Below are positions 36,882 through 49,460 of a stretch of 64,000 bases of DNA, piece by piece. How positions within the stretch are numbered: the stretch's first letter is position 1; each line of letters starts with the position of its first letter. Source of the DNA: Mobula hypostoma (lineage: Eukaryota); the NCBI RefSeq assembly GCF_963921235.1, contig NC_086097.1, positions 243,166,001-243,230,000 of the forward strand, read 5' to 3'. A program made the translations under genes and the position numbers. The notes under the pieces are model-generated. The model did no database searches. It was given only the letters and a program-made list of their open reading frames with translations, and was not told the origin of the DNA.

Positions 36882-39800
36882 TAGAACATGGAACATAGAA
36901 CATAGAATAGTACAGCACAGTACAGGCCCTTCGGCCCACAATGTTGTGCCGACCCTCAAACCCTGCCTCCCATATAAGCCCCCACCTTAAATTCCTCCAT
37001 ATACCTGTCTAGTAGTCTCTTAAACTTCACTAGTGTATCTGCCTCCACCACTGACTCAGGCAGTGCATTCCATGCACCAACCACTCTCTGAGTAAAAAAA
37101 ACCTTCCTCCACTATCCCCCTTGAACTTCCCACCCCTTACCTTAAAGCCATGTCCTTTTGTATTGAGCAGTGGTGCCCTGGGGAAGAGGCGCTGGCTATC
37201 CACTCTATCTATTCCTCTTATTATCTTGTACACCTATATCATGTCTCCTCTCATCCTCCTTCTCTCCAAAGAGTAAAGCCTTAGCTCCCTTAATCTCTGA
37301 TCATAATGCATACTTTCTAAACCAGGCAGCATCCTGGTAAATCTCCTCTGTACCCTTTCCAATGCTTCCACATCCTTCCTATAGTGAGGTGACCAGAACT
37401 GGACACAGTACTCCAAGTGTGGCCTAACCAGAGTTTTATAGAGCTGCATCATTACATCGCGACTCTTAAACTCTACACCTCGACCTATGAAAGCTAACAC
37501 CCCATAAGCTTTCTTAACTACCCTATCCACCTGTGAGGCAACTTTCAGGGATCTGTGGACATGTACCCCGAGATTCCTCTGCTCCTCCACACTACCAAGT
37601 ATCCTGCTATTTACTTTGTACTCTGCCTTGGAGTTTGTCCTTCCAAAGTGTACCACCTCACACTTCTCCGGGTTGAACTCCATCTGCCATATCTCAGCCC
37701 ACTCCTGCATCCTATCAATGTCTCTCTGCAATCTTTGATAATCCTCTACACTATCTACAACCCCACCAACCTTTGTGTTGTCTGCAAACTTGCCAACCCA
37801 CCCTTCTACCCCCACATCCAGGTCGTTAATAAAAATTACGAGAAGTAGAGGTTCCAGTACAGATCCTTGTGGGACACCACTAGTCACAATCCTCCAATCT
37901 GAATGTACTCCCTCCACCACCAACCTCTGCCTTCTGCAGGCAAGCCAATTCTGAATCCACCTGGCCAAACTTCCCTGGATCCCATGCCTTCTAACTTTCT
38001 AAATAAGCCTACCGTGTGGAACCTTGTCATATGCCTTACTAAAATCCATATAGATCACATCCACTGCACTACCCTCATCTATATGCCTGGTCACCTCCTC
38101 AAAGAACTCTATCAGGCTTGTTAGACACGATCTGCCCTTCACAAAGCCACGCTGACTGTCCCTGATCAGACCATGATTCTCTAAATGCCTATAGATCTTA
38201 TCTCTAAGAATCTTTTCCAACAGCTTTCCCACCACAGATGTTAAGGCTTACTGGTCTATAATTTCCCAGACTATCCCTACTACCTTTTTTGAACAAGGGA
38301 ACAACATTCGCCTCCCTCCAATCCTCCGGTACCATTCCTGTGGACAACGAGGACATAAAGATCCTGGCCAGAGGCTCAGCAATCTCTTCTCTCGCCTCGT
38401 GGAGCAGCCTGGGGAATATTCCGTCAGGCCCTGCGGACTTATCTGTCCTAATGTATTTTAACAACTCCAACACCTCCTCTCCCTTAATATCAACATGCTC
38501 CAGAACATCAACTTCACTCAGATTGTCCTCACCATCATCAAGTTCCCTCTCATTGGTGAATACTGAAGAGAAGTATTCATTGAGGACCTCGCTCACTTCC
38601 TCAGCCTCCAGGCACATCTTCCCACCTTTATCTCTAATCGGTCCAACCTTCACTCCTGTCATCCTTTTTTCTTCACATAATTGAAGAATGCCTTGGGGTT
38701 TTCCTTTACCTTACTCACCAAGGCCTTCTCATGCCCCCTTCTTGCTCTTCTCAGCCCCTTCTTAAGCTCCTTTCTTGCTTCCCTATATTCCTCAATAGAC
38801 CCATCTGATCCTTGTTTCCTAAACCTCATGTATGCTGCCTTCTTCCACCTGACTAGATTTTCCACCTGACTTGTCACCCATGGTTCCTTCACCCTACCAT
38901 TCTTTATCTTCCTCACCGGGATGAATTTATCCCTAACATCCCGCAAGAGATCTCTAAACATCGACCACATGTCCATAGTACAATTCCCTGCAAAAACATC
39001 ATCCCAATTCACACCCGCAAGTTCTAGCCTTATAGCCTCATAATTTGCTTTTCCCCAATTAAAAATTTTCCTGTCCTCTCTGATTCTATCCTTTTCCATG
39101 ATAATGCTAAAGGCCAGGGAGCGGTGGTCATTGTCCCCCAGATGCTCACCCACTGAGAGGTCTGTGACCTGACCCGGTTCATTACCTAGTACTAGATCTA
39201 GTATGGCATTCCCTCTGGTCGGCCTGTCCACATACTGTGACAGGAATCTGTCCTGGACACACTTAACAAACTCTGCCCCATCTAAACCCTTGGAACTAAT
39301 CAGGTGCCAATCAATATTATGGAAGTTAAAGTCACCCATGATAACAACCCTGTTATTTTTGCGCCTTTCCAAAATCTGCCTCCCAATCTGCTCCTCTGTA
39401 TCTCTGCTGCTACCAGGGGGACTATAGAATACCCCCAATAGAGTAACTACTCCCTTCCTGTTCCTGACTTCCACCCATATTGACTCAAAAGAGGATCCTG
39501 CTACATTACCCACCCTTTCTGAAGTTGTAATAGTATCCCTGACCAATAATGCCACCCCTCCTCCCCTTTTCCCGCCCTCTCTTTCCCTTTCAAAGCACTG
39601 AAATCCAGGAATATTGAGAATCCATTCCTGCCCTGGTGCCAGCCAAGTCTCTGTAATGGCCACTACATCATAATTCCATGTATGTATCCAAGCTCTCAGG
39701 TCATCACCTTTGTTCCTGATGCTTCTTGCATTGAGGTACACACATTTCAGCCCTTCTACCTTACTGTCTTTACACCGTTTATTCTGCTACTCTTTCCTCA

Positions 39801-39950
39801 AAGCCTCTCTATATGTTAGATCTGGCTTTACTCCATGCACTTCTTTCACTGCTCTATCGCTCTGGGTCCCATCCCCCTCGCAAATTAGTTTAAACCCTAC
39901 GAACCATGCTAGCAAACCTACCTGCAAGGATATTGCTCCCCCTCGAGTTC
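36882..39950 (-). mobile_element. CR1 LINE of a second family, near full-length ORF2 with frameshifts, nested in an older CR1 (36583-36881 / about 39955-40240)
   Basis: APE motifs NARS/ITETW/GDFN, RT motifs YMDFSKAYD, GVPQGS, FADN; (TTCTATG)n tail. The same family recurs at 63100-64000. Confidence 0.93.
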
Positions 39951-40289
39951 AAAAATAGACAAAAATATGAGGGGTACAGATAGGGTAAATGCAAGCAGGC
40001 TTTTTTCCCCACTGAGGTTGGGTTAGACTAGAACTAGAAGTTAAAGGCGATAGGTGAAATGCTTCAGGGTGCAAGTGTGGAAGAAGTTGCCAGCGGAAAT
40101 GATGACTGCAGGGTGCATTTGAACATTTAACAGAAATTTGGACAGGTACATGGATGGGATCGGTATGCAGGACTATGGTCCAGGAGCGGGTCGATGAGAG
40201 TAGGCATGAAATGGTTCGAAGAGCTGTCTATGACTCTATCGGGACCTATCTATTTATCTCTCTCACGCACGCGTTTACACTTACACTTT

Positions 40290-43200
40290 ACTCGGATCCA
40301 CGCCTGCAATCGCCGTTTCTTTGACTTTGTCATGTTAGGCAAAGATCGCAAGATCTTACATCTACGGACTGCAGAGCCTGCCGGCCCCGACGCTAGCAGG
40401 CATGAACTTTCGGTTGCGGCCCCTGCCGTTGGTCTCGGCGGCTCTAACACCTCAGGACATATTCAAAACCCAGACTCCAGCAACGACCATGGAGACATTC
40501 AAAGCGATCGCGCAACCACCAACTGCGACTCCAGCCTTGAACACCAGGCCGGGTCTTTATGTGCTGCTGTTGTGACTCCCGTCTCCCCTTCCCCCACCAC
40601 CACTCCGCAGCCCCGTCTTCCTCAGATCCCACCGTCAGCTCCTGGGCCCTCAGAGGCTCCATCTTCCTCTCACCCCAACCCTCCCCCCTCCACTGACACC
40701 CCCAGCCTCCCCCCTCCCCCCTCTGATCCCAGCTCTCATCCGTGCCGGCTCTTTACCATCCCCTCCGACCTTCAACTGTCTGAGGCAGAACGCTCTGTCC
40801 TCAGTAAGGGCCTCACGTTTGTCCCCCTTCGCCCACACCTCAGCGAGTTCCGTGTTCGCCATGATGCGGAACTTTTCTTCCGCCGTCTCCGTCTCCGAGC
40901 CTACTTCTTCGGCAAGGACTCTTCCACCCTCACCGATGACCCCTTCTCCCGTCTTCATCCCTCCTCTTCTTCATGGACACCCCGCTCTGGTCTTCTGCCT
41001 GCTCTGGATCTCTTTATTGCCAACTGCCGACGGGACATCAACCGTCTCGACTTCACCGCACCTTGTCCCCATTCCAACCTCACTCCTTCGGAACGCTCTG
41101 CTCTCCGCTCCCTCCGCACTAATCCTAACATTATTATTAAACCCGCTGATAAGGGGGGTGCTGTTGTAGTCTGGCGTACTGACCTCTACCTTGCCGAGGC
41201 ACAGCGACAACTCGCGGATACCTCCTCTTATTTACCCCTCGATCGTGACCCCACTAAGGAGCACCAGGCCATTGTCTCCCACACTATCAACGACTTTATC
41301 CGCTCAGGGGATCTCCCATCCACTGCTACCAACCTTATAGTTCCCACACCCCGCACTTCCCGTTTCTACCTCCTACCCAAGATCAACAAACCTGCCTGTC
41401 CTGGCCGACCTATTGTCTCAGCTTGCTCCTGCCCCACCGAACTCGTTTCTGCATACCTCGACACTGTTTTATCACCCCTTGTTCAATCCCTTCCGACCTA
41501 TGTTCGTGACACTTCTCACGCTCTTAAACTTTTCGATGATTTTAAGTTCCCTGGCCCCCACCGCTTTATTTTCACCTTGGATGTCCAGTCCCTATATACT
41601 TCCATCCCCCATCAGGAAGGTCTCAAAGCTCTACGCTTCTTTTTGGATTCCAGACCTAATCAGTTCCCCTCTACCACCACTCTGCTCCGTCTAGCAGAAT
41701 TAGTCCTTACTCTTAATAATTTCTCCTTTTGCTCCTCCCATTTCCTCCAAACTAAAGGTGTAGCTATGGGCACCCGTATGGGTCCTAGCTATGCCTGCCT
41801 TTTTGTTGGGTTTGTGGAACAATCTATGTTCCGTGCCTATTCTGGTATCTGTCCCCCACTTTTCCTTCGCTACATCGACGACTGCATTGGCGCTGCTTCC
41901 TGCACGCATGCAGAACTCGTTAACTTTATTAACTTTGCCTCCAACTTTCACCCTGCCCTCAAGTTTACCTGGTCCATTTCTGACACCTCCCTCCCCTTTC
42001 TAGATCTTTCTGTTTCTGTCTCTGGAGACAGCTTATCCACTGATGTCTACTATAAGCCTACTGACTCTCACAACTATCTGGACTATTCCTCTTCTCACCC
42101 TGTCTCTTGCAAAAACGCCATCCCCTTCTCGCAATTCCTCCGTCTCTGCCGCATCTGCTCTCAGGATGAGGCTTTTCATTCTAGGACGAGGGAGATGTCT
42201 TCATTTTTTAAAGAAAGGGGCTTCCCTTCCTCCACTATCAACTCTGCTCTTAAACGCATCTCCCCCATTTCACGTACATCTGCTCTCACTCCATCCTCCC
42301 ACCACCCCACTAGGAATAGGGTTCCCCTGGTCCTCACCTACCACCCCACCAGCCTCCGGGTCCAACATATTATTCTCCATAACTTCCGCCACCTCCAACG
42401 GGATCCCACCACTAAGCATATCTTTCCCTCCCCGCCTCTCTCTGCATTCCGCAGGGATCGCTCCCTACACAACTCCCTTGTCCATTCGTCCCCCCCATCC
42501 CTCCCCACTGATCCCCCTCCTGGCACTTATCCGTGTAAGCGGAACAAGTGCTACACATGCCCTTACACTTCCTCCCTTACCACCATTCAGGGCCCCAAAC
42601 AGTCCTTCCAGGTGAGGCATCACTTCACCTGTGAGTCGACTGGGGTGATATACTGCGTCCGGTGCTCCCGATGTGGCCTTTTATATATTGGTGAGACCTG
42701 ACGCAGACTGGGAGACCGCTTTGCTGAACATCTACGCTCTGTCCGCCAGAGAAAGCAGGATCTCCCAGTGGCCACACATTTTAATTCCACATCCCATTCC
42801 CATTCTGACATGTCTATCCACGGCCTCCTCTACTGTAAAGATGAAGCCACACTCAGGTTGGAGGAACAACACCTTATATTCCGTCTGGGTAGCCTCCAAC
42901 CTGATGGCATGAACATTGACTTCTCTAACTTCCACTAGGCCCCACCTCCCCCTCGTACCCCATCTGTTACTCTTTTTAATGCACACATTCTTTCTCTCAC
43001 TCTCCTTTTTCTCCCTCTGTCCCTCTGAATATACCTCTTGCCCATCCTCTGGGTCACCCCCCCCCCCGTCTTTCTTCCCGGACCTCCTGTCCCATGATCC
43101 TCTCGTATCCCCTTCTGCCTATCACCTGTCCAGCTCTCGGCTCTATCCCTCCCCCTCCTGTCTTCTCCTATCATTTTGCATCTCCCCCTCCCCCTCCAGC

Positions 43201-43362
43201 TTTCAAATCCCTTACTCACTCTTCCTTCAGTTAGTCCTGACGAAGGGTCTCGGCCTGAAACGTCGACTGCGCCTCTTCCTATAGATGCTGCCTGGCCTGC
43301 TGCGTTCACCAGCAACTTTGATGTATGTTGCTTGAATTTCCAGCATCTGCAGAATTCCTGTT
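40290..43362 (+). mobile_element. Young Penelope-like element (RT plus GIY-YIG endonuclease), 5'-truncated
   Basis: Long ORF with KPADKG, LPK, RPI, DVQSLY, GVAMG, RYIDD and VIYCVRCSRCGLLYIGET. A TGA at 42699-42701 interrupts the GIY-YIG domain. 17-bp TSD gtttacacttacacttt (40273-40289, 43363-43379). Confidence 0.95.
43233..43268 (+). ncRNA. Minimal hammerhead ribozyme in the Penelope 3' pLTR
   Basis: AGUC-CUGACGA-AGG(gucucgg)CCU-GAAA-C-GUC-GACU; predicted cleavage after 43264. Confidence 0.72.
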
Positions 43363-44378
43363 GTTTACACTTACACTTTCATCATTTCAAATCTCTCTGT
43401 TCCATTTCCTCCACAGCAGCTCTAAAGAGCGAAAGGAAACGCAGCCTCTCCCACCCACCATATTACTAAACCCCTCCTATCCAGAGTGCAAACTATAACG
43501 GGCGATTTTCCCTTCGTGTGCGAGCATTCATTCGCAAACCTTGGGCTGGCCAGCCGTTAACCAAGTAAAAGCAGGTGGTGGGCAATGGGGGTGCGTTCAG
43601 AACCAGTGGGTGACTTTCGGACATCTGGACTCCAGAAACCCCCATCTGTAATCTATCTGGTGGATGGAGCGATCTCTGCTCACCAGCTTTCCGCGCCCCG
43701 AAACGTCTTCTCTTTATTCCCGCCGAAGGATCTCGGCCCTAAACGTCGTTTTCCCTAGATGCGGCCTGGCGTTTTTGTGTGTGTCTCTTTATCCTGCCCG
43801 AGTTCCTCCAGCATTTTGTGCGCGTTACTCGTTATATCTTTGATGTGTTTCACGGCACCACCCCCCGTTCCAACTATTAACAATTGTCGGAGAGCTGGCT
43901 TCCCCGCCATGCAGGGAAGATTAACCCCGTAGAACAGTGCAGCACAGGAACAAACCCTTCTGTCCACAGTACCGAACCGAACCAATTAAACTAATTCCTT
44001 CTGGCTACACAGTGCCCACATTCTATCATAACGCCTCTTAAAGGTCTCTAATATATCTGCCTTTAGCACCACTCTCGGTGTAAAAAAAACTTGCCCCTTC
44101 GTATCTCCTTTGAAATTTCCCTTCTCACTTTAAACGCATGCTTTCAGGTATTAGGCATTTTCAACCCTGGGTAAAGGATACCGCCTGTCTGCTCGATCTA
44201 ATCTTTAAAACCTGTGTGAGATCTTCCCTCAGCCTCCACCGCTCCGGAGAAAACAACCCCAGTCTGCCCAACCTCTCTTTACAGCTCACGCCCTCTGTTC
44301 CAGGCAGCATCCAGGCACTCGCGCACAAAATGCTGGAGGAACTCAGCAGGCCAGGTAGCATCTACGGAAGAGAGTAAA

Positions 44379-44416
44379 CAACCGACGTTTCGGGTCGAGA
44401 CCCTTCATCAGGGCTG
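44379..44416 (-). ncRNA. Minimal hammerhead ribozyme motif (Penelope pLTR fragment)
   Basis: CAGCC-CUGAUGA-A-GGGUCucGACCC-GAAA-C-GUC-GGUUG; helix I shows compensatory changes relative to the other copies. Confidence 0.7.
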
Positions 44417-44689
44417 AAGGGAAGATTTAAGCTTCTTCAGGGTAGGTTTTTGCAGCATCAGTAGCAGCGGTATCAGCAAGACGCGAAAATCTGAGGATGC
44501 TGGAAATCCAAAGTAGCTTTGCATTTGGATTGCTTTGGACTCGCATTTGCAGATTTTCTCGAGTTCCTGGTAAACCTCTTCAGTGCCCTCTCCAGAGCCT
44601 CGACACCTTCCCTGAAGATGTGGCGAAGGGAAGATAAAACAGAACTAATTGCTGAGAAACAGCAATTTCTGTTTTAATTGCCCTTGTCT

Positions 44690-44970
44690 TTGACGCAAGC
44701 GTCTGGCGCTCGTTCACAGCAGTCTCCGCGCACAGTGTCTGATGTGACTGTGTAGCGCCGCGGAGCCGCCGCCGTGTTCAGCGCCTCCCGGCTCGCCGCA
44801 CCCTCCGCGTCCGCTCGCCACTCACCTGGCTGCCCAACATCTCGGCGGTGTTCGTGATCGGCAGACCCCAGACGCGGCGGGCTCAAGCGCTCGATGCATC
44901 TTTGGCCGCGGAACCCGTCGCTGTTTAAAGCCTGGCAAACCGTGGGGAAGTCCCGATGTTTGCGGGGGCG
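44690..44970 (-). promoter_or_regulatory. CpG-rich promoter/exon 1 region with TATA-like TTTAAA (44924-44929) and consensus NF-kB site (44944-44954)
   Basis: A markedly CpG-dense non-repeat stretch. The minus-strand GGGACTTCCCC fits GGGRNWYYCC and lies about 15 nt upstream of TTTAAA and about 105 nt upstream of the ATG. Confidence 0.65.
44826..44840 (-). CDS. TNFRSF6B: TNFRSF6B/DcR3-like decoy receptor, putative coding exon 1 (MLGSQ)
   Basis: The minus strand reads gccgag-ATG TTG GGC AGC CAG|GTGAGT: good Kozak context and a consensus donor, inside a CpG-rich stretch. The phase-0 donor matches the phase-0 acceptor at 19919 and gives a signal-peptide-like N-terminus MLGSQWFFSLVFAPLIYASAKA. The link across 24.9 kb is inferred. 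Confidence 0.75.
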
Positions 44971-47329
44971 CTCTTCTACCTATGTCGTAATACCTATGAC
45001 TCGGAGCTGCTTTTGGCCCTGATTGCCATTGTCTCGACAACACCAAGCGGAGGCATTCCCCTCGGTGGGCCCTATCCCCACTCACCCATTCCAGGTACCC
45101 ATGCATACATCACCCTTGGCACTCAGCTTGGCTATTCATTTCTCACTGCTCGTAAAACAAAATGTCATAGAGTCATTGAAAAGTACAAGCACAGAAACAA
45201 GCCCTTCAGCCCACCTAGCCCATGCCAAGCCTTTTAAACTGCCTACTCCCATCGACCTGCACTTGAACATAGCACTCCATATCCCTACTATCCATAGATA
45301 GACAGATACTTTATTGATCTCAAAGGAAATTACAGTGTGACAATAACATTACAAGTGCACAGATATAAATGTTAAAAGAGATTAGAAAGAATAAAAAATA
45401 AGTTACCACAAACAGTCTAACAGAAGGGGGTCATCACCTTCCCTGCTATATGTTGGCGCATTATAGAGCCTAAGAACTGAGGGTGGGAATGACCCCATAT
45501 AGCACTCTTTGGAGCAGCACAGTTGTCCTAGTCTGTTACTAGAAGTGCTCCTCTGTTCATGCAGAGGGTGAAAAACACTGTCCAGAATTGCCAGAATTTT
45601 CCAGAGGGTCCTTTGTTCTACCACAGCCTCCAGTGTGTCCAGTATGACTCCTATAACAGACCCAGCCTTTTTCAACAGTTTATTGAGCCTGTTGGCATCA
45701 CTCATGTTGATGCCATTGCCCCAGCACACCACTGCTTACAAGATTTTACTGGCGACAACAGTCTGGTAGAACATGTGAAGGGGAGGCCTGCATACTTCAA
45801 GAGACCTCAGACTCTGCAGGAAGTAGAGTGACTCTGGCCCTCGTACGCAGCCTCTGTGTTGGTGCTCCACTCAAGCCTATCACCCAGACTTTGGATGTAC
45901 CTATTCAAATTTCTCTTAAGCGTTGAAATCAGGCTCGCACACACCACTTTGTGCTGGCAGCTCATTCCACTCTCTCAGGATCCTCTGAGTGAAGAAGTTT
46001 TCCTTCATGTTCTCCTTAAACTTTTCACTGTTCACCCTTAACCCATGACCTCTGGTTGTAGTCCCACTCATTCTCAGTGGAAAAAGCCTGCTTGCATTTA
46101 CCCTATCTATACCCCTCATTGTTTTGTATACCTCTATCAAATCTCCTTTCAATCTTCTACATTCCAGGGAATGTCCTAACCTATTCAGTCTTTACTTATA
46201 CCTCAGTATGTCCTCCCTGTCACTTTGATTACCCTTCACTTTCATTCAATAATCCCATACCTGACCCTGTGCTGATGCGCACGGCTTCTCACTATCGAAT
46301 TTCCCTGTGTCCCTCATGATTTCAGTTCTGTCTGTTGCATCTTCCCCCAAATGTTCCAGGTTTCTCTGTGCGTCAAGCAAGATGCTGGAAGAGCTCAGCA
46401 GGTCAGGCAGCATCGATCTCGGCTCAAATTTTGACTGTTTGGTTCAAATGGTTTAAATGGTTCAGTTTAATATCAGAGAATGTATACAGTATACAACATG
46501 AAATTCTTACTCTTCACAGACATCCATGAAACAAGAAACCCAAAGGATGAATGACAGTAACATCAGAACCCCAAAGTCCCCCCTCTTCCCATCCCTCCTC
46601 CCATTTATTCCTCTCCAGGGATGCTGCCTGACCTTCAGAGTCCCTCCAGCATTTTATGTGGATTTCCAGCATCTGCAGAATCTCCTGTGCTTAACCCTCC
46701 TTTACAGGCTAATTCCAGTTTGATAAGGGTGGCATGGGGACACAGCAGTTAGTGTAGTACTTTACAGCGTCAGGGTTCAATTCCTGCCACTGTTTGTAAG
46801 GAGTTTGTACATTTTCCCCGTGACTGCGTGGGTTTCCTCTGGGTGCTCTGGTTTCCTCCCACAGTCCAAACACGTACAGGTTAGAGTTGGTAGGTTGTGG
46901 GCATGAAATGTTGGTGCTGAAGTTATGGCAACACCAATGGACAGCCTTCAGCACTTACATGATGCAAAAGACTCTTTTCACTGCATTTATTTATATTTCA
47001 ATGTGCATAATATTGGAACTGGCCATCGTCAATATCTCCAGGAGCAGCCTGGAAGGCATGCACCCCCTGTGGAATTGATTCCTTGCTGGAGTTGCCAACT
47101 GTAGCGTTACGATAGATTGGAACATCGAGACAATGGGAGTGGCTGTCGGAGGTCTCTGCACTCGGGTGATCATTCTCTCTGTCTCTCTCTATCTCTCTAT
47201 TGATGGTGAGAGAGAGAGAGTTTGTTGCTAAATCTTGAGTTGGAGAACCTCGGAATAAAAGCAACGCTGCAGACACAGTGAAACGGTGATTTGTTTCTTG
47301 GTCTCCCCTTTCGCTAGTCTCCTTTGTTA

Positions 47330-47390
47330 GAGAGAGGGATAGAGAGGAGAGGGAGAGAGGGAGGGAGAGAGAGAGAGAGAGAGAGATAGA
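47330..47390. repeat. (GA)n-rich microsatellite
   Basis: Directly visible. Confidence 0.9.
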
Positions 47391-49019
47391 AAATTAAAAT
47401 TAGCATTTGCTATAACCATAACTCCAGGATATGTCCTAACACATGTGACAGATCAGGCTAGTCTGAAATATATCTTGACTGTCTATTTCCCCCTCCCCAC
47501 CCCTTCCCCCCCACCCAGAGATGCTGCCTGACCTGCTGATTTCCTCCTGCATTGAATGAGTTTTCCAGCTTCCGTTTATAAGGCACAGTCATCACATCAC
47601 GTCCTGGTATGAAAACACTAATCCCCATGAATGGAAAATTTTACTGAAGGTGGTGAATACAGCCCAATCCAATGCAGGCAAAGCCCTCCCCACCGTTGAG
47701 CACATCTACAAGGAGCGCTGCCACAAGAAAGCAGCATCCGCCATCAAGAACCCCCACCATCCAGTCCATGCCCTCTTCTCACTGCTGTCATCAGGCAGGA
47801 GGTGCAGGAGCCTTAGGCCCCACCCCACCAGGTTCAGGAACAGTAACTACCCTACTGCCATTAACTGCTGAACTTCTGTCACCTCAACTCTGAACTGATT
47901 CTACAAACTATGGACTCGTTCTCAAGGACTCTAAAACTCATGCACTCAGTATCATTTATTTTTTATTTGTATATTTTGCCTTCTTTTGCATACTGGGTTT
48001 GTCAGACTCTGTTTCTATGTAGTTTTCATAATTTCTATCCTATTTCTTTATTTTCTTCTAAATATCTGAAAGAAAATAAATCTCAAGGTAGGATGTAATT
48101 AACAAAAGGTTTTCCCTGTATATTAGTACCTGTGGCAATAATTAAAAACAATGATCATCATCATCTTTATGTGCCACGTTGTATGACGTGTGCGATCATG
48201 ATCTTTCCATGACTGTGATTGTTCTCGGCAAATGTTTCTACAGAAGTGGTTTGCCATTGCCTTCATCTGGACACTGTTTTTACAAGGTGGGTGACCCCAG
48301 CCATTATCAATTCTCTTTAGAGGCTGCCTGCCTGACGTCAGTGGTCACATAACCAGGACTTGTGATATGCACCGGGTGCTCATAGACTTCACGTGATCCT
48401 GATTGGGGGTTGGGGAGGGGCTAAGCAGGTGATACACCTTGCCAAAGGGTAAACCCTAAGGTAGTGGAGGGAAGGAGTGCCTTATACCTCCCTCGGTAGA
48501 CACTTATGACTCCGCCCCACAACCCAGTATCAATATCAATTATACTTCCCTACTCAGTCAACTTAGATCATCTTAGTTTTGGTAAGAATTTGATGAATCA
48601 AAAGCAGATGAAAGGACTCTAATTATTAACAGAGCTTATAAACAAAGCTTGGTATGGACTAGAAGGGCAGAGATGGCCTGTTTCCGTGCTGTAATTGTTA
48701 ATTGTTATAAACCATCCTACCATGAGCAAGCCCAGCCCAGTCACTGAAGGTAGCTCACAGGTGACAAGGTAGTGCAGTGCTCTGACAGGACCAGTGATCA
48801 CCGGTTGGGGTTAAATTCTGCCACTGTCTGTAAAGAATTTTTGTAATCTCCCCATGGCCACATTGGTTTCCTCCGGGTACTCTGGTTTCCTCCCAAATTC
48901 CAAAGAGGTAGGGTAATTGGTTACAAAGGCATGCACAGTCTTGTTGGGTGGGAAGGGCCTGTTCTCCTAAATAACCATTCTCTTTCAGGTACATCAGTGT
49001 TCTCACTATCCTCACTTGG

Positions 49020-49460
49020 AGAATTACGAGAAAGAATGTACTGACATTGGAGAGGGTCCAAAGGAGGTTTACAAAAATTATTCCAGGATTGAAAGGCTTA
49101 TCATATGAGGAGTGTTTAATGACTCAGGACCTCTACTCACCGGAATTCAGAAGAATGAGAGATGACCTCATTAGAACCTATCAAATGTTGAAAGGCCTCA
49201 ATAAAGAGGATGTTTCCTATGGTGGGAGAGTCTAAGACCAGAGAACATAACTTCAAAATAGAGGGGCTTCCTTTTAGAAGAGAGATGAAGAGGAGCTTCT
49301 TTAGCCAGAGGGTGGTGAATCTGTGGAATTCGTTACCACAGGCAGCTGTGGAGGCAAAGTCATTGGGTATATTTAACACCAAGGCTGATGGATACTTGAT
49401 TGGTCGGGGTATGAAGGGAAACAGGGAGAAGGCAGAAATTTGGGGCTGAGAGGGAAATGG
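49020..49460 (+). mobile_element. Degraded CR1 3' fragment
   Basis: ERVQRRFTKIIPGLKGLSYEE; FFSQRVVNLWNSLP. Confidence 0.85.
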
